DNA of 64,000 nt from Tubulanus polymorphus (GCF_964204645.1 NW_027437472.1:1-64000), one strand, 5' to 3'; shown: positions 39,963 through 53,291, counted from the first letter of the stretch. Notes: a model not told the origin generated them from the letters alone. Program-made: numbers and translations.

Positions 39963-41100
39963 TATGGAAATTATTATGATAAATTCTAAATGAAATATTT
40001 TGTCATTACAGGATATCTTCTTTTAATCATTGCAGCTAAATTTCAACTATAAGAAAAAAACCCAGCTTGAGATCGACTACTCATCCAAAATCTACAAACT
40101 GGAACAGAGCACAGATGAGGCCAACTAGAATCCAACTTATTTACCAACAAACTTAAGATGATCCACGCCGATAATGACCCAAGCAATCATAAAAGGTAAC
40201 TTGATATACATGAAATTATTTCGATAAATTCTAAATGAATTATTTTGTCATTACAGGATGTCTTCTTTTAATCATTGCAGCTAAATTTCAACTATGAGAA
40301 AAACCCAGTTTGAGATCAACTACTCATCCAAAATCGACCAACTGGAACAGCGCACAGATGAGGCCAACTAGAATCCAACTTATCATCCAACAAACTTAAG
40401 ATGATCCACGCCTATAACGAACCAAGCAATCATTAAAATGAAATTATTTCGATAAATTCTAAATGAAATATTTTGTCATTACAGGATATCTTCTTTGCTA
40501 AATTTCAACTATAAGAAAAACCCAGCTTGAGATCAACTACTCGTCCAAAATCGACCAACTGGAACAGTGCACAGATGAGGCCAACTAACTAACAAACTAA
40601 TAGGATAATCGCCGATAACCAAGCAATCATAAAAGGTAACTTGATATACATGAAATTATTTTGATAAATTCTAAATGAAATATTTTTTCATTACAGGATA
40701 TCTTTGTTCATTTCTGCTAAATCCTATCTGTATGAAACTGCCCAGCTTTAAATCAACGACTCATCAAATATCTACAGATAAGCTCCACCCACTGAACAAT
40801 TCAAGCTTGAATCGAATGCATCAACCAATTGCATCAACCAATTGTTCTAACCGATACTGAATCCAGCAAACTTGAAATGTAAGGTGATTTTTTATGGAAA
40901 TTATTATGATAAATTCTAAATGAAATATTTTGTCATTACAGGATATCTTCTTTTAATCATTGCAGCTGAATTTTAACTATAAGAAAAAGCCCAGCTTGAG
41001 ATCAACTACTCGTCCAAAATCTTCAAACTGGAACGGTGCACAGAAAAGGCCAGAACTGAACCCAGCAATCTTTAAAGGTTAGTTGATATACATGAAATTA
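39963..41100 (+). repeat. Tandem array of five roughly 200-245 bp units with exon/intron-like architecture (candidate spliced non-coding RNA)
   Basis: Each unit has GAAATTAT..GATAAATTCTAAATGAA.TATTTT.TCATTACAG|GAT.TCTT...CCCAG.TT.A.ATC.AC.ACTC. Most units end in CAATC.T.AAAG|GT. Stops and variable A-runs disrupt the reading frames. Related partial units occur at about 38805-38845 and 39225-39415. Confidence 0.85.
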
Positions 41101-41178
41101 CCTGTATATAGAAATTTCAGTCCTCATATGAATATCATTTCATAAGTGGCTATCATCAAAATCTATTAACCGGTCCAC

Positions 41179-44100
41179 ATGGCTGAACTTTTATCTTCAC
41201 TAGTCTTAAACAATGATGAACTAGTCCCTACTACTGCAATTTATTATTGGGGTTTAAATCAGCAATTGACGTCAATGAATTCTACTTTGTGAAAAACACG
41301 TAAATTATGAGAAATCTGCTCTGAAATGTTTTGCTTTCTTCACTTTGTTTCAGCCATACTACATCTCGGAAAAATTGGCCTGAAGAAGACACTCACAAGT
41401 AGATGAATACTGATCGACCCATTTGCTGATGAAAACTGCAGAAGCCCAGATGAAAAGTTGAGGAACCAGCAACGGATTTATCACTCAATGATGGATTCTT
41501 CTACAATAGGCGGTTGATTTCTATAAAACATTAAATATCAGGTGCAGCAGAGACAATAGTGAATCTTATAAACACTGATTCAAGCGACAAAGCTAATGGA
41601 TTATCTCATAAACACTGATTCAGGATAAACACTGTTTTAAAAGCAGCAAAGACTATACTATCTTATTAGGAGCAGCATAGATAATAGTGCATGTTAAACA
41701 CTGAAATGCAGGAGCGGCGAGACAATGGCGGACTTCTGTAGTAATGTATTGATTTTTTTGCTTACCACCTTTTTCAAACCAGTCTGATTGATGATATAGT
41801 GTTTTCAAGGAAACTATTTGATAATGTTTATGCAATGTGAGAGTCGAATAAAAGCTAAGCTCCATTAATTCAAGATATTGGTCTTCGATCGATGGTTGAT
41901 AGATAAGTCAAGTTAAGTTAGTCACTAGGGGTAAATGGTCGTGTTGAGTGCCTAGTTTTGACATGTAGGTCGGTTGAGTTAACTCCTAAACTGAGATATA
42001 GTTTCAACATGAATTATGAGTTTAATCTTCCAACTTACCATAGTTAATCATAGTCAACTGTGGCTATTTGTCCGTGTAGATATCACATAGTTAGGAAACA
42101 TAGAACATAACATTAGGCCAGTGTTGATGTACAACTCTTAACTATTTGCTGAATTGTAGATGTACAAATTTGATGGCATTGATATTTTTGAAGGTAACCA
42201 TTTTGAAAAATATGAAACGAATCGTAGATTTCGATTTAAGCCTCCATCAATCTGTTTGATGATCATATCTACGTACTTGAAAACTAAAGCTTTATCTGAA
42301 AGGAGACCATTATTTACATTTGAGAGGTAAAGCTAGGAATAACAAGGCATAAAGTTATAGCTAGGACCAATTTTTAACGTTTTAACATTGTTTATAGCTG
42401 TTTGAACTTCTTTTATTGTAATGGGTAAATCTATATCACGAGATGGCTCTCGTGAATAATCACTTAGCTTCAAATCGGGTGTATAATGATTAAGGAGTGG
42501 CAGTGAATCAGTAGCGCTTTCTTAAAATGGGCCCAGAACTTTACAGTGAAAAAATACCTGTAGTTGTAAATAGAGGAGTATAAATAGTACATAACTACAA
42601 ACTACAAGTACATAAATTAAGTCTAAAAAATAAAAAAACCAATAAATAATAAATAGAATAAACAACAATACAAGCAAACATACAAACAAACAACAAATTT
42701 ATATTCTATTTACATGAAAAGGCATTTTTTCAAATATTTATCAACAAGGTTCTTCATTTATCGAACAACCTTCCCTAAGTATAGCGAAAACCCGAGATCT
42801 TTTCTGTTTCAAAGCATCTAGCAACTCAGTTATTGTAATGAACAAAACAAATAACCATTAACCTTAACTAAATCGAAAACATTTAAAAAAATAACTGATA
42901 TGATAGAATGCTTTGAATAACTGTGATGAAAGATCGACCCGTCCTTTCAACTAGCCGCGCTCAATCACTGCTGTGACTGTACATGGGTAAACTTACTATC
43001 TAAAATCTGGTACATACATTTTGCTTTTTAGAAAGAATTTAAAACAGCTATAAACTTAAGTTATTGATGTTATTGATTAGTTACCGATTGTATAATTATG
43101 TTGAAGCTGCCAGGAAAAACGTCAGAATACTTAGTATGTAATGTCAAGGTGTTTGGAAATCTTTGAGACAAGGCAAAGTTGGCAAAATTCTAGTTTTCTA
43201 GTGAAATTAATGATTAATTGATACTAAGAGTTCCAGAGTGAATCTGAGTTTCTCATCTCTAGTTTTAATGCTTTTATGTTGGAGACTGTTATTGTAACAC
43301 AGTTCGCGTGTTTGTAAATTAGGAACTTGCATGACGATTCCTCGGTTAAGATATTATTGTTGCGTGAATAAAACGATGTACATTTTCATCATTCATGTTA
43401 AAACTTTTCAGTTGTTAAGTTTTATAGCAAAAATTTCACTTTGGTGCTTTTCAGTGGTTCATAAAATACTGATCGAATAGCGAGAGCATAGAATAATTGT
43501 CCTTAGACTAAGACTTATTAATTGATACCAAGATTTCCAGAGTGAATCTGAGTGTCTCATCTCTAGTTTTAATGCTTTTATGCTGGAGACTGTTATTGTA
43601 ACACAGTTTGCATGTTTGGAAATTAGGAACTTGCATGATGATTCCTCAATTAAGATATCAGTGTTGTGTGAATAAAACGATGTACATTTTCATCATTGTG
43701 TTGAAACATTTCAGTTGGTAAGTTTTATAGCAACAATTCCACTGTGGTGCTTTTCAGTGGTTCATAAAATACTGATTTAATTAAGGGCCTGTCGAAAATA
43801 GCAGCAGTTTCTTTGAGGATACAGTGCTTATTGGTCAATTGTCCTAGCTTTGTTTTGATTATCAGTTTAACCGCGTCTGTGTGGGGCCTGTAATATCTGG
43901 ACAAGAAGAATTTCTGATCTTTATATAGAGTTGTATTCATATCTACTATCAAGTTGAATAAAACAATTAAGAAGTTACTGCAGCTTCGTCAATCAAACCA
44001 TATTTATTTGAAAATACTTGATTTATCTTAAATTTTCACGAAGAAAAACCTTTATAATAGTTTGCTGGGTTTGATCTGAGGAATAAATGCCACTTGACCT

Positions 44101-44187
44101 TGGGGCAAGCATATTTGTAATATCACTTGCCCCCTCAAAAATCAAATTGCTCTACATGAATAGTCCGATTGTGACACAATAATCCCT
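41179..44187 (+). repeat. Copy 2 of the long non-coding direct repeat, with an internal tandem duplication of about 260 bp (about 43214-43472 and 43518-43775)
   Basis: Colinear with 19216-21963. The block ATTAATTGATAC.AAGA.TTCCAGAGTGAATCTGAG...GGTTCATAAAATACTGAT occurs twice here and once in copy 1. Confidence 0.9.
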
Positions 44188-47100
44188 TGCATCGAGTGGG
44201 ATAGAAGCTTTGAGACATAGAATTCCACAAGCCCGGTGGATGAGTGATTATGATAACCTTCATGCCCTAATGAAAATATACTTGTCCCGGGCAATTTGAC
44301 TAGTGTTTAAATCAGACCCTGCTTTGTTTCAAATGTAAAATTTGTGAAAAAGTAGTTGATAATGTTTGAAGAAATCTCGTAAAGACGAGGAAAATTTGGC
44401 AATGTTTTTAGTTTTCTAGTGATAACTAAGATTAATAAGTTAACCTTACGCTTTCCATGTTTTTTCTTGATAATTAAGATGTCCTCAATCTCGATGTCAT
44501 TTGAAAAGTTGACGATGATAGATTCATATTTCATGAAATATAACAAAGTGTCGGTTATATTGACCTCATGAATTGTCAAATTCATAATCTTAGACTTTCA
44601 GACTAGTCCTTTTTTCGGTGTTTTATGGATCAAAGTTTACAACTCTTTGTGTATTTTTGTTATTTTTCCATTGATGCAAATTGTATGAATCAGCTGTAGT
44701 GGAAATGGATCATATACAAAGACTTATAAATACCTTACATGTAACTTTTGTGATTTTAAAGTTAGTACAATATCATACATAGTAAGAGAAATAGAATTGC
44801 TATTAAAATTTGAGAAAATAAGCTATAAGTTAATAATTTGATATATGAAAATAAAATGATGTAAAGAATGTAAATCAGATTGGTTAATCCTACACTTTCC
44901 AGAGTATTTGGCCAGGTTTATATCTGATTTTAGTGCAGGGAGCCATGGACTCTCACAGTTAAGAGTCCATGGTTGTGGGCCATAGACGTTTCTGTTTTAG
45001 AGTCTATGGTTGGACCTTCGAGCAATTATCTATTTAAGATAATTGCTCGTAGGTTGGACCATGGATGTATAAACTATAGTTTATTGTTTATACGACCACG
45101 ATTGGATCGTTTTTTAAATCAGTCCACGTGTTTGAGGAACTTACATTATAATTCCTCGAGCACACCTGGCTTGCATTCCGGGGATGCCTGGGTTCGAATT
45201 CTAGCGATAATGTGAAAATCGTGGCAGTTAGAACGACAGTCCCGACTAATTGGAAACGAGGTAAATATTTTCGATTATTAAATATAAACCTATTGTTTCA
45301 TATACATTTTTATTTCCTCCTTTCTTTGAGGAATTAATCAACACGTGATTGTGGTGCAATATCAAGAAAGTTCTAGGACACATCTCCTGAGCAGACTTTG
45401 GAGAATGTATCACAAAAACCCCGAGCCACTCTCTCTTCTCCATCTTGCTCTTCAGCTACAGCCTTCGCCCAGACTGACGCCATTATCGCAATAATCGGTA
45501 AAACCAATTTTACAAGTCCACCTACAAGTAAAATTAACACGTACACGAGACGGTATGGCAACGTGCAAACGTTACATCTAATTCCATATTTCCGGTTTCC
45601 AAAATGTTTCCATCCTCGAAATATAACAATTTGATCAGTACCATATTTTCTTAAATCAATGAAAAATTACCTAATGACGACCGAGTTAAACACAATTTCT
45701 TCGAGATTCTTAAATGCATCGTGTTCTTTGAATCATATATACATATCCCTGTATATTCACCCGACTTAAAAGAGGACATCGCATTTGACGTGCGGTTATA
45801 TATTTGAAATCCTTGACCTGTCGCGAAGTAATTTCGGGGATGGTTTCGAAGTCGCGCAGAGATACACACAGAACAAGGATCATCTACTTTCTGATTGTTA
45901 GGAATTTTTTACAATCTGTGAAACCAGAGATCTAGTGGGGAGAATATTATGTCTTCCAGAAAAGTAAAATCAAAAAGAGTAATTAGTCCATACTTACCTA
46001 TCATTTTGCTTGAATAAACGAAAACAGACAAATTTTCTGCACGGATAAAACCAATTTTCAGCGTCTGCAATGATTCAAAACAACATGTACATTATAATGC
46101 TAATATTCTTGTATTTCCTACAATCTGTTGGATAAAATAATCTCTGAAATATATCTAAAGGATTGTGAATGTGGATATCGCCTTGTCAATAGGTATGTAA
46201 TTATCTAAGACTCTCTCTTCAGGTGATTGCTTGGACAGAAATGTATTGAACTGTCCTTTGAATGTTCTTCTTCTTTTGTTTGTATGCTTATGTTTAAATC
46301 ATTATTGATGCGATTAAAATAAATTCGTTCAATGCTGCGATAAAGTCAATACCACGGAGGGGCTGGAGCAGAGAAGTCCACACGATGGATGCAAATGTTC
46401 CAGAATCACACGTCCACCAAATGTACACACAACCAAATTGTAAACCACCATCAGATTATTAGATTCTACATTACTACTCACTCTATAACCGCCACACTTA
46501 CCTTTATGGTTAGTTTTCTCCTCTAATACGCGTTGCTCGCTTTGCAGATTCCATCAATATGAGGCATTTTATGCGAAAATTCGTCAATATGAAGTAAGCA
46601 TCAGGAGTGAATACTGTTTGTTCACCTATTCACGAGAGTGATTCATGGGGTTACAAATTTCAGTTTTGCGGAGGTCCAGTAGAGACAGGTGGTGAAATAA
46701 AACTCGTTCAGTAAATACTATCTATTTTTTCACTCCTCCAACGCGTTCGTTTTGTTTGACTATTTTGCTCCTCGATGAAAATCATCAATATTCACTGTCA
46801 CTTGGGCGACAGGTGATTTTTCTATTGTTCAGGCATTCGCAGCAATACTAGATTTCTGTCGGTGTAGTTTTAAGTTAAGAATATAGGATGGACAGTGTAC
46901 TGCAGGAAAAGAAGATTAATTTTGAAACTACTGTTTGAAACCAGGGGCTGGAATATCCGCACTGGGAGTAATAAATCATATCTTATTCAAACTTGATTAT
47001 TTGATCATCGCAGTGGCGGATTACCAGTTTTACGACGTAGAAAAAACACGTCAATTCATTAGAAAAATGGGACCTGCTTTAATATGTTTACGGCTCGACA

Positions 47101-47605
47101 CTGCTTTTGTAACGGTGATTCATCAAAACACGGATGGAGTAGGTCTCAAGGATAGTCTACGGATGGTATCGGACAAAGCAGCAAAGCTATTTAGGTAAGG
47201 AAGACTATGCACTATGCACCGAAAATAGTGTGGAAAAAGATGATATATGATGTAATAATAAATATTATGACGTAATGATAATAATCACGAAAATACCATC
47301 AGGGCTTTCTGCGAAGTAACAAAAAACCCTAATAATAAGGAAAACGCTTTTGAAGGGAAAAATGATTCCATCGATTGTTTACGCCATCGTTATCCCGAAA
47401 ATTACCACGGATTGCTCTAAAACGTGAATAAAAAAAGACGGTTAATAAAATCTGAAAATTGTAGAAATTCCACCAGCTTGTCGGATTATTGAGAGAAAAA
47501 AGTAACATTTTTAGATGAAACATTATTATATTTGATGTAATAGTCACATATATATGTAATGATTATTAATGCCGTAATCGATTGAATAGAGACTTCATCT
47601 CTGTC

Positions 47606-50600
47606 CTAGTTGATATACACGTACACATACGGGGATGGTCGACTCCAACCTTTCTTGCTCATTGCGGCTCCCTGTTGAAAAAGCAATACAATGCTAATAA
47701 CTTCAGTGAAAACAATTGGTGTTTTGTAACAAATAAATTATGAATTGTAGAAAATAACGTTATGGGCTGCTTGTGAATACTGACCTGGCATCCGTACCAG
47801 GTCGAAGGCTTAAGATCGTAGATCAATTTGTCCTTATTGGACGATTTGATATTCCAGGACGATTTGCTTGCCCTCAGTGGTTGAACATTTTCATCAGTAG
47901 TTTCACCGCACTGCGCCGCGTACTTTAAAACTTTGCCGCCTCCCTCTTGTTGGTCATATTCGACCAATAAGTGCGAACCAGATCGTGTTTTCAAACTCAC
48001 TTGTTTCAAGGTTATCGTAACTTGTAGACGAACTTGACAAAAAGATGTGAACATATTCAGATATTTTTAATTCGATTAATAAAGTTTCAACCAATTCCTC
48101 GGAGACTCACCTGCTTCGTCTGTCGTGAATTCTGTCTTCTTCGATTCTTGGCTTTTTCCAACTTCGTTCATCCAGGCGTAGCTCATCATATAAGTCGTGT
48201 ATGGTTTCAGGCCCTTTAGACTTATGAATGTGCGCATTGTGATGTTTTCTCGGGCCACCTCACCAGTGCTCTTCTCGTAAAGTTTGTAGTAGAATCCATC
48301 GAAGATACCATTTCTATTATTGCACGGTATGTTATAGAAGTTAACTCCAGCAGAAGTCTCTTTCCGGAACAATGTCACGGCAACCTTGTATGGAGTGACC
48401 TTCGGTGGTTTGGGGGAACCGACAGGATCTGTGAGTTTAGTAAAAGCCATAGAAAATTGGGTACTTTCTCACTACATAACTTTTGTAACAAGTTTGACTA
48501 TTCGTAATGTAAGGATAAATTGGAACACTGCATGTTATTTTTTGGAAGTTACCTGACTGCGACGTAGTTATCCGTTTAGTGACATATTGACGGCGTATTG
48601 CGCCTTCACCGAGCTGAACTGGTAGAATTCCCATATCATACGTAGAATGAGGCGACAACTCCACGAATTCCATGTCGGTGTTGTTGGTGGGGAAGGGGGA
48701 AATCTGCCATCCTTTACCTGACTGGATTGCTGGACAACCTATCCGTTGGCGTAACTTGTATTTACCATGGAATTCGAATTTCAGGTGTTTTAGTGGTCCC
48801 GGGATTTTCCATGTCACGTTGACACGACCGGAGGACGTATCCATTGCAGATATATCGGACACTAAACAAATAAGACGGGAATTCAATTATTCGATGGGTC
48901 GTTTTTCAGAGAGGTTTATGAGTTACCTGCTGAAGGCTAATAAAACAACAATTGCATTTCAGATTTAGATGTTTTCATTGTAAATGTGAAATGAAATGAA
49001 TTCACTGTACCTCCATCCCCGGCTATTACTTCAATACTATCGCCGAACACATATCTTTTATTGCCTTTATTTTTCACGCCCATTCTTATGCGATATCTGG
49101 TATACGGTTTCATATCAGGACGATTGGAAGTACTAAACATCGTCCATTCTGAATCTGGACTGTCTGCTAATTTATAGTAGAATGAATAGGAAGCCATGTA
49201 TTTATTATGGCAATTGAGTTCATCTTTGTCAAGTTTCTACAAGGAAAAAGTGAAAATGAATCTGCGCATTAGCATTCAGCTGGTTATAAGTATTGTGTCA
49301 CATCAATGCTTATATACGGGGCTAATACCACATAATACGGTGTGAGTCGATACATCTTTGAACTAGTTGCGCCCACTCCTTGAATCAAATGCGAGATACG
49401 AGGCCCAACCGCCGGTTCTGCAAAGAAGCGTAAATACTCCAAAGAATTATTTTTCAAAATTGGACTTTTGCACTTGTAAATGTGTCACTAAGATTATGAG
49501 CAAAACAGCAGCACGAAGTCTTGGCATGATTGGTGCAATAAAAATGACCTAATCAAAATTATAATTTCTTTTTAAGCAATACGTACCATCACAGCCAGTA
49601 TAAACTTTACTGATTCGGCTCAGCAATGAAGAAATTAAATTCGTCTCAAGCTTCTTTAATTTGACCGCAACTTCGTATCCAGTATTCGTTTCTAAACCGG
49701 TTATATTCTGCAATATCTTCCTTCCTTCTATTCGAAATGATGACGGTGCCGTTGTCCAGTCGATAGTGCCCAATTTTCTGTAAACCAGTATATACGCCAC
49801 TCTATTACGCGTCCTACCAGAATCTGGCGCTTTGGTGATGGAGTCTTCGTGCCACAAAACGGATACTTCGTGGCGTGATTTGACCTCAAATCTGAACCAA
49901 TAATCCGCTTTGAACGCTGAAAAGAAACATTTATTTCCAAAATCACGTCCGAAATAGTAAGGAGTTTTAGCATCACGAGTCTACATGCTTTTTTATTCTC
50001 AATAAATGTATCAATTTAATGCATAATTGAGGAAACTGGGAAACCTGAACCGAAGTATAATGATGAACATCTGATATACGTTTTTCACAGAATTTGCCAA
50101 CTCGGTCAGCATTACAGCCACCAGGACAGAATCCGGTTATGTAGTCGACTGCGTTGTTTGGTACGTTTTGGTTACATCGGGATCTCTCGATGCAGTTGAA
50201 CGATTCAGGATTTTTGCACATGTCTATATCTAAAAGTCCGATCACGAAGAATAGTAAAAATCGGCTACTCGGTAGACGTGCGCTATTTTATTTTCGAATA
50301 ATAGAACTAATGATTTGTAGTGTTCTTTTTTATTGCGGCTTTACTGGATAGCAAGTCCAGTTTGTTATTCATTATCAAATTGAGCCGTACCTATATACTT
50401 ATAACCGATAGCTTCGATATCTAGAACGTCTAAAATAGTGGGTTGAGGGTTTGTCACTTGAACGGTAATGTATCGGCCTACCATCGGGGTATCGCAATCA
50501 CTTCTCCAGCCACCTCTTAACGGATTGCGCATCAAATTCTTACAAATCGCATTTTCACCGACTGTTGAACTGTTACCAACACGCACCTCAATATTCCACT

Positions 50601-52627
50601 TTCTATTACCTGGAAACAAGTGTACAAAATTAATACCAGAAATTAGAGACAGGCCAATCAATTGAAGATCTTCTTCAAGATAAAGCTTCACAGACTGAAA
50701 TATTCTGACGGTGTCGGATTTTTAGAGATGCTCCATCCGATCCTTAACCAATTAGGAAATCTATTTTTTCAGAGCTAGAAAACGTTGTTTCTGTTGATGA
50801 CAGCAAGAAACTAATTAATAAAGTATCGTGAAAAAGATCATCTTTACATCATTAAACTTTCTCTTGAAAACTTACTCCGACAGCAATTTTCCGGATCTTC
50901 CCTCGTGAACCAGATATTTACCGAACGGACGACGTGTTTAGAGCCGAGGTTTATTTTGATCCATGGGTTCAGTTCTAAGTTAGTAGCGCAACGGTCGTTC
51001 ATCTCGCGGCCATCGGTACAGAAACGTGAGGGCTTTTGTCTATCAGTCGACGATAATGTCACATTTTTCGAGCCGGCGATATTTCCTGCAGCACAATATT
51101 TAAAAAAAAACATCCAAACGTATTTTCGTGCATTTTATCGTGTAGGCCTATATGCCTTTTCAAAATTTTTCCGGTAATGGAATTTTGTGATCGAAGTCCA
51201 TCCAAAATAATAACATGCTGTGACTATCAAAACAGGGTTTCACAACAATAATTTGATTATATTTTCATGTCATTCTTTTCAAAATCTTTGAGCCAAAGAA
51301 GAATTTGCTGTACCACCTGCTACACGTTGAATCAAATATTCTACCGGTAATGTTGTTTAGAAAGTATTTAAGATTCCAATTCTTACCAGTCTGGCATGCC
51401 GGACCTGACCAGCCGGGATAGCAGCGCCCACTTTGACAATAGAGCTCATTTTCTTCCGACATTATAGGGCATATTATCTTGGGAGTAGGGCGATCAGGCC
51501 TATATCTACTACGACTTTCTTGGCAATGACATCTCCAGCCCGGACAACTCTTGCCAAAACAACTAGATTCTTATAAAAACGAAGCTTGATTCAAATTACA
51601 CCGTATCCACTTGTTGAAATGCTTGGTAATCTGACAATTCAACATTCAACGCCCCCTGGTCAACGAATACGGAGATAATGAGTTTGAAACTCACCACCAT
51701 CATAGCACATACCATGAGCTGTGATTTTACTGTAATTGTATTAACAATATATGCCTAGGTACCAATGCATATGGAAAAACCATGTTATTCCGCAATTCAA
51801 CGCCCCCCGATGAACATATACAAAAAAACCAATGACCCAGAAACTCATAATCGTCGAGCCTGTCATTGGCTAATTCCGTAATTAATTATAGTATCAAAAT
51901 ATGCCTAGGTACCAATATTTTTGAAAATATCATGTTATTACATCAAGAAGATTAAATATAGCTGCAAAGGGTTTTCTGTCGTGCTATTTTAAATGCCAAA
52001 AAATAAAAGGTTTTAGGTTTAGCTGAAATCAGTCGTCGTCACTTCATAGAACGCGACTATTTTAGCGTTGCCACCTTGGTGTCGATATATGCACTAGATA
52101 TGTGGATCAATATGGGCTACTAAGAAAAAAGTACTGATGTACCAAGTTAAGTAAAAAAGCTTTAACCAAATATCAAGACAATCCATGGAAGCGTCTTCAA
52201 AACTTTCCAAAGTGACTGAATTACGTCTACGGAAGGACGAACGAACGAACGGACGACGGAATGAATAAAGATTGATAAAGAATAATAAACGGACGAAAAG
52301 TGAACGCAACAATTAGCCCGCTGGGACTAAATTCACAAGTGGGCTAAAATCAGAAATGTGACCAACTCTTTTTTATAACTATCATATATCAACTGCATCA
52401 GTGCATCGATACTAGGTAATCTATAACTTCTTAAATGTCTGATTAATCAATTGAATGAATCAAATGTTCATTACATATTCATTCAGTACGACGTTTCCAA
52501 ACCTTTACGCTGTTGCTTTTCTGTTAACTGTTATGTTGATCATGTTCATACCTTGTCCAGTCCCGAGTACGTCCGGCAAGAAAAACGTCGCCATTAGAAA
52601 ACCATACCACCAGTAGTAGCCCTCCAT
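47606..52627 (-). CDS. Copy A: predicted secreted multidomain protein (signal peptide, EGF-like, F-type lectin/F5-8C-like, EGF-like, five FN3-like repeats; no transmembrane segment), about 800 aa, multi-exon
   Basis: The exon at 52552-52627 gives MEGYYWWYGFLMATFFLPDVLGTGQ. A Cys-rich exon at 51387-51569 ends CYPGWSGPACQ. The lectin exons read GNIAGSKNVTLSS...NPWIKINLG...VRSVNIW...REDPENCC and IEVRVGNS...GRYITVQ. They are followed by GFCPGGCNADRVGKFCEK and FN3 signatures (ITGLETNTGYEVAV, MKPYTRYRIRM, LSPHSTYDM, LKGLKPYTTY, DLKPSTWYGCQ). The last exon GAAMSKKGWSRPSPYVYVYIN ends in TAG at 47606-47608. Confidence 0.85.
52094..52349 (+). mobile_element. Helentron/HINE-like non-autonomous element in intron 1 of copy A; a related fragment lies in a mael intron (about 28620-28675, opposite orientation)
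   Basis: An (ACGA/ACGG)n microsatellite is followed by a hairpin TAGCCCGC...GTGGGCTA and AAA. The internal segment AAGTTTTGA.GACGCTTC.ATGGATTGTCTTGATATTT is shared with 28620-28675. Confidence 0.55.
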
Positions 52628-53291
52628 CGTTTCTATTGTGTAAATCGTGCCTTGTAGGTTTATGTCGGTATGTATGATTTAGCCCGATCAGTCTATATTT
52701 ATTGTTACTTAACTTACGTCGTAAAAATTGTCTAATTGAAATATCAACAGATCGATGCGGTCGCTGTACCCAGTTACAGCCTGTAGAAAGGAAACCGTAC
52801 GGAAATTCCAACTTATCCCTTGCAGGCGATTGTTATACAATGCAGTCCGAACGTTTCAACTTAAACATAACGCGAAGGAAGCTTTCATAAAAATATCATA
52901 AAAGTGACATCAATCATGGAAAAGCACCGGATGCAAAAAACTAAAGGAATAAACCGGGACATCTGCATGTTAAAAATAGACTGACATATATATATTTTTT
53001 TTATTTTCTGCAAGAAAAATACAATAACTACATGTATTCATTTGCCATATCCGAATAGTAAAGTTTATATCAATCACAAACGAATAAATACAAAACATTA
53101 ATGTTAAGTTGTCTCAGAAACCAGGACGTAATAGATTTAACGAACATCCGCAGTGGAAATAATGCAAAATAAACGGTTCCAATTAGTATATACACTATTA
53201 TGTATTTTGATGTACACAGTAATTTGTACGTTTTCACCAAAAAAGCTAATTTGAGAAACGTTGCACATTTATATCATCAGTATCGCCACTT

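Noticed and set aside
39963-41100. Repeat array considered as a CRISPR array or a protein-coding repeat
   Set aside because: Eukaryotic context, units over 200 bp with no unique spacers and no cas genes; in-frame stops and frame-shifting A-runs exclude a conserved ORF.
41213-41325. Possible intronic C/D-box snoRNA (ATGATGA ... CTGA)
   Set aside because: The terminal stem geometry is wrong, the D box is only about 30 nt from the acceptor (more likely a branch-point region), and the paralogous copy has an internal insertion.
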